Shown here piece by piece: positions 1-14,930 of a stretch of 64,000 nt of DNA (position 1 is its first letter; each line of letters starts with the position of its first letter). The DNA is from Octopus vulgaris (Eukaryota): contig OX597840.1 of assembly GCA_951406725.2 (NCBI GenBank), positions 12,772,001 through 12,836,000 on the forward strand, in the 5' to 3' direction. Position numbers and translations under genes: made by a program. The notes under the pieces were generated by a model. The model saw only the letters and a list, made by a program, of their open reading frames with translations. It ran no database searches and was not told the DNA's origin.

Positions 1-51
1 CTTTTCAGCTTTCTCTCCAACAAGGATTTCGATTTTTGGTCCAGAATTTTT
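1..51 (-). CDS. Divergent actin-like gene A, start of exon 2 (runs off the window edge)
   Basis: Minus strand: ...tattgcag|AAA AAT TCT GGA CCA AAA ATC GAA ATC CTT GTT GGA GAG AAA GCT GAA AAG = KNSGPKIEILVGEKAEK. Colinear (offset 33428) with the start of exon 2 of paralogue B; aligns to actin (G)MGQKDSYVGDEAQSK. Confidence 0.85.
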
Positions 52-216
52 CTGCAATATAATAAATGACAATAAGAATTCTAGAAACTTAAGTCAATAA
101 AATTTTTTACAAGATAGAAATGATAGAAAGAATTACACAAACAATGAAATTTTCATAATCAATCCTATAATATCCTATAATCAATCCTATAATATCCTAT
201 AATTAATCCTCTAATA

Positions 217-568
217 TCTATATATATAAAACTGAGAATGTGTGTGTGTCTGTCTGTCTGTCTGTCTGTCCGTCCGTCTGTCTGTGTGTTTCCCTAAAAC
301 TTGAGAACTACACAACCAATTTCATTCAAATTTTACACATGCCTTACGTAGGGTCCGGGGAGTGTCATTGCAAGAGACGAGCCTACAATTCCAGTCTGTT
401 ATATATTTTGAGTATTGTTATCACTAGTGATATCAAGATATAACTTTGTATTTTGTATTTTATGTGTAGATGTATATATATAGAAGTACATGTAATATGT
501 ACACATATATATACACATATATACATGCACTAGAACTATGACCCGGCAACGACGGGTCATAATGCTAG
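217..568 (+). mobile_element. Non-autonomous Helitron-like element inserted in the satellite
   Basis: 5' TCTATATATATAAAA, (GTCT)n tract, 3' hairpin ATGACCCG-gcaacga-CGGGTCAT then CTAG, between host A and T, no TSD. Confidence 0.75.
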
Positions 569-781
569 TATGCTATAATTAATCTTATAATATCCTACAA
601 TTAATCGCATCATATCCTATAATTAATCCTATAATATCCTATAATTGATCCTATAATATCCTATAATCAATCCTATAATATCTTATAATTAATCCTATAA
701 TATCCTATAATTAATCTTATAATATCCTATAATTAATCCTTTAATATCCTGTAATTAATCCTTTAATATCCTATAATCATA

Positions 782-1780
782 TCTATAAAAGGGTGGATGT
801 GTGTGCGTGTGTGTGTGTACGTGATAGTAATTTATGCACGTCCACAAATTAGCATGCATGTAGCTCAAATGTTAGGACATTTGTCAACACCCTATCTGGG
901 TTTTGTCAACTTAATTTTTTCTCCGAGGGATCCGTGGGTAGCGTAAATATCTAATTTCAGACATAGCTTTAAGCCACAAAAAATATCGGACTTAGCTTTT
1001 TTGCCAGCGTCTAACAAAAAAATAAGATAAAGAAAAGTGGAAGAAGGAGGCAGAGAGTTTCATGGGAAAGACAAGGTGAGAGAGGGAGAGAGAGAGTAAG
1101 TGACCACATTCATAAAAAATGGAATGTAAAATGTTTTGTTTTTTGTTTTTGAAATGCACACTATATGTTATAGTCATCGTATATATACTTTCTTACACAA
1201 CAATTACAATATATTTATTTTAAATCATTTATTTATTTTAAATCGTTCATCTTTCTCCCTGCTCTCTCTCTCTCTCTCACACACATTACTTTAGGTGCGA
1301 AAGAGTTTTGTTTTTATTTTATGCCAAGAAAACAAGTGTCTTGTTGACAATCCATATATTTAACAACAAAGAAACAAAGAGGTGAGTAACAATTTGTCAG
1401 TGAATTACACAATATAAATGGGTACAATTTGCGAGGCTTCCACCACAACCCACTCCGTTTCACAGACCACAAAAAGGGTTTTGAGGCCAATAATTTTTCC
1501 ATTCATTTCTGTTTATCAACATGTATGCGTGCAAAAAACATGCAATTGGTCTACATACGTACGTGTGTATATGTGTGTTCGTGTCTGTTGCCCATATGTA
1601 TTTATATTATATTATATATATATATATATAATATATATATAACATATATATATTGTAACTAATTTCAACGGATTTCGCCCAAATTTGACGTCTATATTAC
1701 ATAGTTTCAGTTGAAATAAAGAACTTGATTAGCTTAATAATCATACCTTAATCCCGGGCAAGGCCAGGTTATACTGCTAG
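782..1780 (+). mobile_element. Second non-autonomous Helitron-like element
   Basis: 5' TCTATAAAAGGG, 3' GC-rich degenerate hairpin (cccgggcaaggccagg) then tatactgCTAG|T; flanked by satellite on both sides. Confidence 0.7.
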
Positions 1781-4700
1781 TCAATACTATAATATCCTAT
1801 AATCAATCATGTAATATCCTATAATCAATCCTATAATATCCTATAATTAATCCTATAATATACTATAATTGATCCTATATGATTGTATAGTCAATCCTAT
1901 AATACACTATACTCAATCCTATAATAGCCTATAATTAATCCTATACTATCCTATTATCAATCCTATAATACATTTTAATCAATCCTATAATATCCTATGA
2001 TTAATCCTATAATATCCTATAAGCGATCCTATAATATACTATTACACTATATGATTGTATATTCAATCCTATAATACACTATAATCAATCCTATAATATC
2101 CTCTAATATCCTATAATTAATCCTATAACATCCTATAATAAATCCTATAATATTCTATAATCAAACCTATAATATCTTATAATTAATCCTATAATATCCT
2201 ATAATTAATCTTATATTATTCTGTAATTAATCCTATAATATGCTATGATTAATCTTATCAAATCCTATAATTAATCCTATAAAATTCTACAATTAATGCT
2301 ATAATATCCTATAATGAATCATAAATATCCTATAATTAATTCTCTAATACCCTGTAATCAATCCTACAATATCCTATAATTAATCCTCTAATATCCTATA
2401 ATTAATCCTATAATATCCTATAATCAATCCTAAAATATCCTATAATTAATTCTATAATACCCTGTAATCAATCCAACAAAATCCTATAATTAATCCTATC
2501 ATATCCTATACTTAATCTATAATATCCCATTATTAAGTAATCCTAAAAGACCCTGTACTCAATCCTATAATATCCTATAATTAATCCTATAATATCCTAT
2601 AATTAATTCTATGATATCCTATAATTAATCATATAATATCCTATAATTAATCCTATAAAATCCTATAATTATTCCTGTAATATCCTATAAATAATCTTAT
2701 AATAACTTATAATTAATCCAATAATAAATTCGATAATATCCTATAATTAAACCTATAATATCCTATAATTAATCTTATAATATCCAATGATTAATCCTGT
2801 AATATTCTTTAATTAATCTTAAAATATCCTATAAGTAATCTTATAGTATCCTATGATTAATCCAATAATATCCTATAATTAATCCTATAAAATCCTATAT
2901 TTTAATCGTATCATATCCTATAATTAATCCTATAATATCCTATAATTAATCCTATAATATCCTATAATTATTCCTATAATATCATATAATTAATCTTATT
3001 ATATCCTATAATTAATCCCATAATATCCGATAATTAATCTTATAATATCCTATTATTAATCCTATAATATCGTGTAATTAATCTTATAATATCCTAAAAT
3101 TAAACCAATAATATCTTACAATTAATCTTATAATATCCTATAATAAATGCTATAATTAATCCTATAATATACTATAATTAATCCTATAATATCCTATAAT
3201 TAATCCTATAATTTCCTATAATTAATCCTATAATAACCTGTGATCAATCCTACAATATCCTATAATTAATCCTATAATATCCTATAATAACCTATACTCA
3301 ATACCACAACATCCTATAATTAATCCTATAATGCCCTGTAATAAATCCTACAATATCCTATAATTAATCCTATGATATCCTAAAATTAATCTATAATATC
3401 CCTACAATTAATCTCATAATATCCTATAATTAATCCTATTATCCTATAATTAATCTTATAATATCTTATAATTAATCATATAATATCCTATAATTCATCC
3501 TATAATATCCTATTATTAATCATGTAATATCCTATAATAAATCCAATAATATCCCACAATTAATTTTTGTAATATCCTACAATTAATCCTATAATTAATC
3601 CTATAATATGCTATAAGTAATCCTATAATATCCTATAATTAATCATATAATATCCCATAATTTATCCTATAATACCCTATAATTAATCCTATTATGTCCT
3701 ATAATTATTCCTATAATATCCTATAATTAATCCTATTATATACTATAATTATTCCTATAATGTCCTTTAATTAATCCTATAATATCCTATAATTAATCCT
3801 ATAATATCCTATAATTAATCTTATAACATCCTATAATTAATCCTATGATATCCTATAATTATTCTCATAATATCCTATAATTAATGCTATAATATCCTAT
3901 AATTATTCCTATAATATCATATAATTAATCTTCTAATATCCTATAATTAATCCAATGATATCCTACAATTAATCTTATAATATTCTATAATTAATCTTAT
4001 AATTAATCCTATAATATCCTATAATTAATCTTATAATACCCTGTAATCAATCATACAATATCCTATAACAAATCCTATAATACCTTGTAATCAATCCTAC
4101 AATATCCTATAATTAATCCTATAATATCCTAAAATTAATCTTATAATAACCTGTAATCAATACCATAATATCCTATAATTAATCCTATAATACCTTTTAA
4201 TCAATCCTACAATATCCGATAATTAATCCTATGATATCCTAAAATTTATCTAGAATATCCCATTATTAAGTAATCCTACAAGACCCTCTAATCCTATAAT
4301 ATCCTACAATTAATCCTATAATATCCTATAATTAATCTTATAATATACTATAATTAAGTTTATAATATCCTATAATAAATCCTCTAATATCCTATAATTA
4401 ATCTTATAATATCCTATAATTAATTTTATAATATCCTATAATTAATCCTTTAATATCCTATAATTAATCTCATAATATCCTCTAATTAATCCTATGATAT
4501 CTTATAATTAATGTTATAACATCCTATAATTAATCCTATAATATCCTAGAATTATTCCGATAATATCTTATAATTAATCTTACAATATCCTATAATTAAT
4601 CCAATAATATCCTACAATTAATCTTATAATATCCTATAATTAATCCTATAATTAATCCTATAATATCCTATAATTAATCCTATAATATCCTATAATTAAT

Positions 4701-7700
4701 CCTATAATATCCTATAATTAATCTTATAATAACCTATAATCAATACCACAATATCCTATAATTAATCCTATAATACCCTGTAATCAATCCTACAATATCC
4801 TATAATGAATCCTATTATATCCTAAAATTAATCCATATTATCCCATTATTAACTAATCCTAAAAGACCCGGTAATCAATCCTATAATATCCTATAATTAA
4901 TCCAATAATATCCTATAATTATTCCTATAATATCTAATAAATAATCTTAAAATATCCTATAATTAATCTTATAATATCCTATAATTAATCTTATAATATC
5001 CTATAATTAATCCTATAATGCCCTATAATTATTCCTATAAAATTCTTTAATTCATCGCATCATATCCTATAATTAATCTTATAATATCCTATAACTAATC
5101 CTATAATATCCTATAATTAATCATGTATTATCCTATAATTAATCCAATAGTATCCTACAATTATTCTTATAATATCCTATAATTAATCCTATAATATCCT
5201 ATAATTAAACATAATAATCTCCTATAATTAATCTTATAATATGATATAATATTATCTCCTATAATATATATACTATATATTATAATATCTATCTATAATT
5301 AATCCTATAATATCCTATAATTAATCCTATAATACCCTATAATTAATCCTATAATATCCTATAATTAATCCTATAATATCCTATAATTAATCTTATAATA
5401 TCCTATAATTAATCCTATAATATCCTATAATTAATCCTATAATATCCTATAATTAATCCTATAATATCCTATAATTAATCTTATAATTAATCCTATAATA
5501 TCCTATAATTAATCTTATAATACCCTGTAATCAATCATACAATATCCTATAAGAAATCCTATAATACCTTGTAATCAATCCTACAATATCCTATAATTAA
5601 TCCTATAATATCCTATAATTAATCTTATAATAACCTGTAATCAATACCACAATATCCTATAATTAATCCTATAATACCTTGTAATCAATCCTACAATATC
5701 CGATAATTAATCCTATGATATCCTAAAATTTATCTAGAATATCCCATTATTAAGAACTCCTACAAGACCCTCTAATCCTACAATATCCTACAATTAATCC
5801 TATAATATCCTATAATTAATCTTATAATATCCTATAATTAATCATATAATATCCTATAATTAATCCTATAATATCCTATAATTAATTTTATAATATCCTA
5901 TAATTAATCCTTTAATATCCTCTAATTAATATCATAATATCCTCTAATTAATCCAATGATATCTTATAATTAATGTAATAACATCCTATAATTAATCCTA
6001 TAATATCCTAGAATTATTCCGATAATATCCTATTATTAATCATGTAATATCCTATAATTATTCCAATATCCATAATTAATTTTATAATATCCTAAATCTA
6101 TAATATCTATAATATCCTATAATATCCTAAATTATTAATATCCTATAATTAATCCTATAATATCCTATAATTAATCCTATAATATCCTATAATTAATCAT
6201 ATAATATCCTATAATTTATCCTATAATACCCTATGATTAATCTTATTATATCCTATAATTATTCCTATAATATACTATAATTATTCCTATAATGTCCTTT
6301 AATTAATCCTATAATATCCTATAATTAATCCTATTATATCCAATAATTAATCTTATAACATCCTATAATTAATCCTATTATATCCTATAAATAATCTTAT
6401 AATATCCAATAATTAATCCAATAATATCCTACAATTAATCTTATAATAACCTATAATTAATCTTTTGATTAATCCTATAATATCCTATAATTAATCTTAT
6501 AATACCCTGTAATCAATCATACAATATCCTATAACAAATCCTATAATACCTTTGTAATCAATCCTACAATATCCTATAATTAATCCTATAATATCCTACA
6601 ATAATAATCTTATAATAACCTGTAATCAATACCACAATATCCTATAATTAATCCTATAATACCTTGTAATAAATCCTACAATATCCGATAATTAATCCTA
6701 TGATATCCTAAAATTTATCTAGAATATCCCATTATTAAGTAATCCTACAAGACCTCTAATCCTATAATATCCTACAATTAATCCTATAATATCCTATAAT
6801 TAATCTTATAATATACTATAATTAATCCTATAATATCCTATAATTAATCCTATAATATCCTATAATTAATCTTATAATATCCTATAATTAATCCTATAAT
6901 ATCTATAATTAATCCTATAATATCCTACAATTAATTTTATAATATCCTATAATTAATCCTTTAATATCCTATAATTAATCTTATAATATCCTATAATTAA
7001 TCCTATGATATCTTATAATTAATGTTATAACATCCTATAATTAATCCTATAATATCCTAGAATTATTCCGTTAATATCCTATAATTAATCTTATAATATC
7101 CTATAATTAATCCAATAATATCCTACAATTAATCTTATAATATCCTATAATTAATCCTATAATAAATCCTATAATATCCTATAATCAATCCTATAATATC
7201 CTATAATTAATCCTATAATATCCTATAATTAATCTTATAATACCCTGTAATCAATCCTACAAAATCCTATAAGTAATCCTATAATATCCTATAATTAATC
7301 TTATAATAACCTATAATCAATACCACAATATCCTATAATTAATCCTATAATACCCTGTAATCAATCCTACAATATCCTATAATGAATCCTATGATATCCT
7401 AAAATTAATCCATAATATCCTATTATTAACTAATCCTAAAAGACCCTGTAATCAATCCTATAATATCCTATAATAATCCTATAATATCCTATAATTAATC
7501 TTATAATATCCTCTAATTAATCCTATAATAACCTATAATTAATCCCGTAATATCCTATAATTAATCTTATAATATCCTATAATAATCCTATAATGTCCTA
7601 TAATTAATCATATAATATCCTATTTTTAATCCTATAATATCCTATAATTAAACATATAATATCCTACAATTAATCTTATAATATCCTACAAATAATCCTA

Positions 7701-10700
7701 TAATATCCTATCATTCATCTTATAATATCCTATAAGTGATCCTATGACATCCTATAATTAATCTTATAAAATCCTATAATTAATCGCATCATATCCTATA
7801 ATTAAACTTATAATATCCTCTATAATATCCTTAATTAATCCTATAATATCCTATAATTAATCCTGTAATATCCTATAATTAATCTTATAATATCCTATAA
7901 TTAATCCTATAATATCCTATAATTAATCTTATAATATCCTATAATTAATCCTATAATATCCTATAATTAATCCTATAATATCCTACAATTAATCTTATAA
8001 TTTCCTGTAGTTAATCCTATAAATAATCCTATAATATCTTATAATTAATCCTATAATATCCTATAATTAATCCTATAATATCCTATAATCAATCTTATAT
8101 TAACCTATAATCAATACCACAATATCATATAATTAATCTGTAATACCCTGTAATCAATCCTACAATATCCAATAATTAAACCTATGATATCCTAAAATTA
8201 ATCTATAATATCCCATTATTAAATAATCCTAAAAGACCCTGTTATCAATCCTATAATATCCTATAATTATTCCTATAATATCTAATAAATAATCTTAAAA
8301 TATCCTATAATTAATTTTTTAATATCCTATAATTAATCCTATAATATCCTATAATTAATCCTATAATATCCAATAAATAATCTTAAAATATCCTATAATT
8401 AATGTTTATAATATCCTATAATTAATCCTATAATATCCTATAATTAAACATATAATCTCCTATAATTAATCCTATAATATCCTATAATTAATCCTATAAT
8501 ATCCTATAATTAATCTTATAATATCCTATTATTAATCCTATAATACTCTATAATTAATCCTATAATATCCTATAATTATTCCTATAATATCCTATAATTA
8601 TTCTTATAATACCCTGTAATCAATCCTACAAAATCCTATAAGTAATCCTATAATATCCTATAATTAATCTTATAATTACCTATAATCAATACCACAATAT
8701 CCTATAATTAATCCTATAATACCCTGTAATCAATCCTACAATATCCTATAATGAATCCTATGATATCCTAAAATTAATCCATAATATCCCATTATTAACT
8801 AATCCTAAAAGACCCGGTAATCAATCCTATAATATCCTATAATTAATCCTATAATATCCTATAATTATTCCTATAATATCTAATAAATAAACTTAAAATA
8901 TCCTATAATTAATCCTATAATATCCTATAATTAATCCTATAATATCCTATAATTATTCCTATAATATCTAATAAATAATCTTAAAATATCCTATAATTAA
9001 TCTTATAATATCCTATAATTAATCTTATAATATCCTATAATTAATCCTATAATGCCCTATAATTAATCCTATAAAATTCTTTAATTCATCGCATCATATC
9101 CTATAATTAATCTTATAATATCCTATAATTAATCCTATAATATCCTATAATTAATCCTATAATATCCTATAATTAATCTTATAATATCCTACAATTAATC
9201 TTATAATATCCTATAATTATCCCTTTAATATCCAATTATTAATCCTATAATATCCTATAATTAATCCTATAATATCCTATAATTAAACATATAATCTCCT
9301 ATAATTAATCTTATAATATGCTATAATTATTCCTATGATATCCTATTATTAATATGATAATATCCTATAATTAATCCTATAATACTCTATAATTAATCCT
9401 ATAATATCCTAAAATTATTCTTATAATATCCTATAATTAATCTTTTAATATCCTATGATTAATTCTATAATATCCTATAATTAATCCTATAATATCCAAT
9501 AGTTATTCCTATAATTAATCCTATGATTAATCTTTTAATATCCTATAATTAATCCAATAATATCCTACAATTAATCTTATAATATCCTATAGTTAATACT
9601 ATAATTAATCCTATAATATCCTATAATTAATCTTATAATAACCTATAATCATATATCCTATAACAAATCCTATAATTAATCAATCCTATAATATCCTATA
9701 ATTAATCCTATAATATCCTATAATTAATCTTATAATAACCTATAATCAATACCACAATATCCTATAATTAATCCTATAATACCCTGTAATCAATCCTACA
9801 ATATCCTATAATGAATCCTATGATATCCTAAAATTAATCTATAATATCCTATTATTAAATAATCCTAAAAGACCCTGTTATCAATCCTATAATATCCTAT
9901 AATCATTCCTATAATATCCTATTATTAATCCTATAATATCCTATAATTAATCCTACGAAATCCTATAATTAATCCTGTAATATCCTACAATTAATCTTAT
10001 AATATCCTACAATTAATCCTATAATATCCTATCATTCATCTTATAATATCCTATAAGTGATCCTATGACATCCTATAATTAATCTTATAAAATCCTATAA
10101 TTAATCGCATCATATCCTATAATTAATCTTATAATATCCTCTAATTAATCCTATAATAACCTATAATTAATCCTGTAATATCCTATAATTAATCTTATAA
10201 TATCCTATAATAATCCTATAATGTCCTATAATTAATCCTATAATATCCTATAATTAATCCTATAATATCCTATAATTAATCTTATAATATCCTATAATTA
10301 ATCCTATAAAATCCAATAATTATTCTTATAATATCCAATAAATACTCTTAAAATTTCCTTTATTAAAGTTTATAATATCCTATAATAAATCCTATAATAT
10401 CCTATAATTAATCTTATAATATCCTCTAATTAATCCTATAATAACCTATTATTAATCATATAATATCCTATAATTAATCTTATAATATCCTATAATTAAT
10501 CCTATAAAATCCAATAATTATTCTTATAATATCCAATAAATAATCTTAAAATATCCTTTATTAAAGTTTATAATATCCTATAATAAATCCTATAATATCC
10601 TATAATTAAACATATAATCTTCTATTATTAATCTTATAATATGCTATAATTAATCCTTTGATATCTTATAATTAATCTTATAATATCCTATAATTAATCC

Positions 10701-12225
10701 TATAATACTCTATAATTAATCCTATAATATCCTATAATTATTCCTATAATATGCTATAATTAATCCTACAATACTATATAATTAATCCTATAATATCCTA
10801 TAATTATTCCTATAATATCCTATAATTTTTCCTATAATATCCCATAATTAATCTTATAATATCCTATAATTAATCCTTTAATATCCTATAATTAATCTTA
10901 TAATATCCTATGATTAATTCTATAATATCCTATAATTAATCCTATAATATCCTATAGTCATTCCTATAATTAATCAGGTAATTAATCTTATAATGTCCTA
11001 TAATTAATCCAATAATATCCTACAATTAATCTTATAATTTCCTGTAGTTAATCCTATAATATCCTATAATTAATCCTATAATATCCTATAATTAATCCTA
11101 TAATATCCTATAATTAATCTTATATTAACCTATAATCAATACCACAATATCCTATAATTAATCTGTAATACCCTGTAATCAATCCTACAATATCCAATAA
11201 TTAATCCTATGATATCCTAAAATTAATCTATAATATCCCATTATTAAATAATCCTAAAATACCCTGTTATCATTCCTATAGCATCCTATAATTAATCCTA
11301 TGATATCCTAGAATTATTCTTATTATATCCTATAATTAATCCTATAATAACCATTAATTAATCCTATAATATCCTATAATTAATCTTATAATATCCTATA
11401 ATTAAGTTTATAATATCCTATAATAAATTCTATAATATCCTATGATTAATCTTATAATATCCTATAATTAATCTTATAATATCCTATAATTAATCCTATA
11501 ATATCCTATAATTAATCTTATAATATCCTATTATTAATCCTATAATATCCTATAATTAATCCTATAAAATCCTATAATTAATCGCATCATATCCTATAAT
11601 TAATCTTATAATATCCTCTAATTAATCCTATAATAACCTATAATTAATCCCGTAATATCCTATAATTAATCTTATAATATCCTATAATAATCCTATAATG
11701 TCCTATAATTAATCATATAATATCCTATTATTAATCCTATAATATCCTATAATTAAACATATAATATCCTACAATTAATCTTATAATATCCTACAATTAA
11801 TCCTATAATATCCTATCATTCATCTTATAATATCCTATAAGTGATCCTATGACATCCTATAATTAATCTTATAAAATCCTATAATTGATCCTATAATATC
11901 CTATAATTAATCCTATAAAATCCTATAATTAATCGCATCATATCCTATAATTAAACTTATAATATCCTCTAATTAATCCTATAATAACCTATAATTAATC
12001 GTGTAATATCCTCTAATTAATCTTATAATATCCTATAATAATCCTATAATGTCCTATAATTAATCATATAATATCCTATTATTAATCCTATAATATCCTA
12101 TAATTAAACATATAATATCCTACAATTAATCCTATAATATCCTATAATTAATCTTATAATATCCTACAATTAATCCTATAATATCCTATCATTAATCTTA
12201 TAATATCCTACAGTTAATCCTATAA
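1781..12225. repeat. 22-bp AT-rich satellite (ATAATATCCT+ATAATTAATCCT), ~10.4 kb; short outliers at ~155-216 and 569-780
   Basis: Hundreds of tandem, diverged copies of a 10+12 nt dimer sharing the core ATCCTATAAT; stops in all frames. Confidence 0.97.
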
Positions 12226-12329
12226 AAAGGCAGCACTTATTATTTTGTTGTAGGCTTTTGCTTTAAGAAATATGGTTTTTGTGAGTCCCAGTGGGCAGCA
12301 AGCAAACAGAAGAACATTTCAGGGTGGCA

Positions 12330-13260
12330 TACACTCTAGCTACACTAGTGTATATAACATTACAACCAAATATTCATCATATCTTTTCTTATATATATAT
12401 GTCTGTATCTCCAACCAGCAATCATTAAGCAATTAATTAATAAAACTAGCAGGTGTCTGTCCAATCTATCCGTTGATAAAACACTTTTGTAAAGGTTGTC
12501 CCATACAATAATGCTGCATTAGAACTGTCCAACTTTAAGGATTGCATAAACTACATTGACCCAAATGCAGATAGATCAAGAAGACACAGATAGAGGAAAA
12601 TCTTATGGTTTAACACATCTTATAGCATGAATGTAGCTACTAACATAGCTAGGAGATTCTTAATATTAAAAGACATGCACTTTCTACATTCACACAAAAA
12701 CCAGATCTTCAACAGAAACACTCTTAAATTTAGCTATAGTTACCTCCTCAATATAAGGTCGATAATATTCAACCACAATAAAAATAAACACACCAGAAAT
12801 ATCCCTGAAAGACACTGTAACTATAGGTCTTCAAATCACTGTCCTCTAAATAATAGATGTCTAGAAAAAGAAAAGTATATACGAGACGAAAAATCATGAA
12901 TCTCAATGGAGTAACAATGGCATATATCAGAATATCAGGCACCTCGTTCAAGAAAAAATAGACACAACACCTGGTGCCATTTAGGGACAAAAATGAAAGC
13001 GATATGTTACATCCCTATCCTATATGATAGGGATACTGAAAGACGGGAAGTAAGCAACCCCCAAATAACATGGAACATCATTGCTTAAGCCAGAAAATAC
13101 AGGGGACAAGTACCAAATGTGAACTCTGTATCACTAAAAATCTAAATATAATCCAGTCAATAGATAACATTTTTAATATTAGAGATGATACCTTCTCTCC
13201 CTGCATACAGAAGTAATATTATACACTCTGACATTTCAAAAAGGAACCACCACTCACTCC
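12330..13260 (+). mobile_element. Degenerate Penelope-like element, 3' part (RT C-terminus, Cys linker, GIY-YIG)
   Basis: Fragments ILWFNTSYSMNVATNIARRFL, IFNRNTLKFSYS, HCNYRSSNHCPLNNRCL match Penelope ORF motifs; frameshifts and stops. Confidence 0.8.
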
Positions 13261-13309
13261 ACCATTCTCAACAGGATAGTTTCTTTGCCAGAAAAAATTT
13301 ATTATACAG

Positions 13310-13560
13310 ATATTGTGGCCAAGAGAAATCAAATGTGAAAGAAAGAACACTGCGCAGGTACAGACATGTGAAGCATATGGATGAGGGCAGCTTTATAAAA
13401 AAGAGCCAATCACTAAATGTAGCTGGATCTTCTAGAAAAGGAAGACCCAGAAAGACAGGACACAGAGTGGTGGAGGCTGACTTCAGGACTCTGAGCCTCA
13501 CAAAGGTAATGACAAAGCACCAGAATATCTGGTGATATGTGGTTCTCAAGAACAACTGCA
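13310..13560 (+). mobile_element. Degenerate RTE-clade LINE 3' ORF fragment
   Basis: ERTLRRYRHVKHMDEGSFIKK...RKGRPRKT resembles LRWYGHVARMDEDSCVKK...GRGRPRKTW at 46642-46917. Confidence 0.65.
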
Positions 13561-13564
13561 TGCA

Positions 13565-13765
13565 AGGTGGTGAGCTGGCTGAAATGTTAGCACACCAGCC
13601 GACATGATTACTGGAATTTCGTCTGCCGTTACATTCTGAGTTCAAATTCTACCAAGGTCGACTTTGCCTTTCATCCTTTCAAGTCGATTAAAGAAGTACC
13701 AGTTACATACTGGGGTCGATGTAATCGACTTAATCTCTTTGATGTCCTTGTTTGTCCCCTTTGTG
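13565..13765 (+). mobile_element. tRNA-derived SINE, family 1 (GGCGAGCTGGCAGAAACGTTAGCAC head)
   Basis: Box A-like GAGCTGGCTGAAATG, box B GAGTTCAAATTC; same family at 31396, 42183, 58465-59243, 60735. Confidence 0.8.
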
Positions 13766-13788
13766 TGTATGTATTGCATATGTTCATA

Positions 13789-13840
<52 letters not shown>

Positions 13841-13954
13841 TAGATAGATAGATAGATAGACAGGTAGAGAGACAGATACATACATGCATACATACATACA
13901 TACATATATATATATGAATATACATATATGTATATCTATATCTACATATCTGTC

Positions 13955-13999
<45 letters not shown>

Positions 14000-14097
14000 A
14001 ATATCCTGGTATCTTGGTATGAGATCACAATGATGTGCACATATGAAAAATTATTTGGATATTACGATATTTTTCTTAATATGAAACCAATGGTAAT

Positions 14098-14450
14098 ATC
14101 ATCATCATCATCATCATCGTTTAACGTCCGTTTTCCACGCTAGCATGGGTTGGACGGTTCAACTGGGGTCTGGGAAGCCAGGAGGCTGCACCAGGCTCCA
14201 GTCTGATCTGGCAGTGTTTCTACAGCTGGATGCCCTTCCTAACGCCAACCACTCCACGAGTGTAGTGGGTGCTTTTTACGTCCCACCGGCACATGTGCCA
14301 GGGGAGTCTGGCATCGGCCACGATCAGATGGCGCTTTTAACGTACCACCGGCACAGGTATCACAGCTACTATTTCCATTGATATTTATTTCGATGTTCAT
14401 GTTCATGTACTTGACTCAAATAGGTCTCCTCAAGCACAGTGGTGTTCGGA
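14098..14450 (-). mobile_element. RTE-type LINE 3' end with (GAT)n tail
   Basis: (CAT)n-CGTTTAACGTCCGTTTTCCA...GGATGCCCTTCCTAACGCCAACC; same sequence is attached to the RTE ORF at 46053-46937. Confidence 0.75.
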
Positions 14451-14727
14451 TGGTGTCTTAAGATATGGGTGTGTGTGTGTGTGTGTGTACACAGATACAG
14501 ACCTATATAAGAAAAGATCTGATGAATATTTGGTTGTAATGTTATATACACTAGCGTAGCTAGAGTGTATAATATATAAATATATATATATATTATACAC
14601 ATGCATCCAAACACCACTTCATTCACTGCAATACCAAGATTAACATAAAAATTTAACCAGTTCAACCAGGAAGCATATTACAGTGAAGACCCTGACGAAA
14701 CTACATTGCTTGCACATATATATATAT

Positions 14728-14899
14728 ATGTGGCTGTGTAGTAAGTAGCTTGCTTACCAACCACATGGTTCTGGGTTCAATCCCATTGCGTGGCACTTTG
14801 GGCAAGTGTCTTCTGCTATAGCCCCGGGCCAACCAATTCCTTGTGAGTGGATTTGGTAGACGGAAACTGAAAGAAGCCTGTCGTATATATGTATATATC

Positions 14900-14930
<31 letters not shown>

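Noticed and set aside
1781-12225. Satellite as a CRISPR array, telomeric repeat or repetitive coding region
   Set aside because: No unique spacers or cas genes in an animal context; the unit is not TTAGGG-like beyond TAGG; stop codons occur in all frames.
14676-14712. Hammerhead candidate gtgaaga-ccctgac-gaaac
   Set aside because: Core lacks CUGA and stems I and II do not pair.
14728-14800. tRNA gene (A/B boxes; also other SINE heads)
   Set aside because: No full cloverleaf; continues into a multicopy SINE body.
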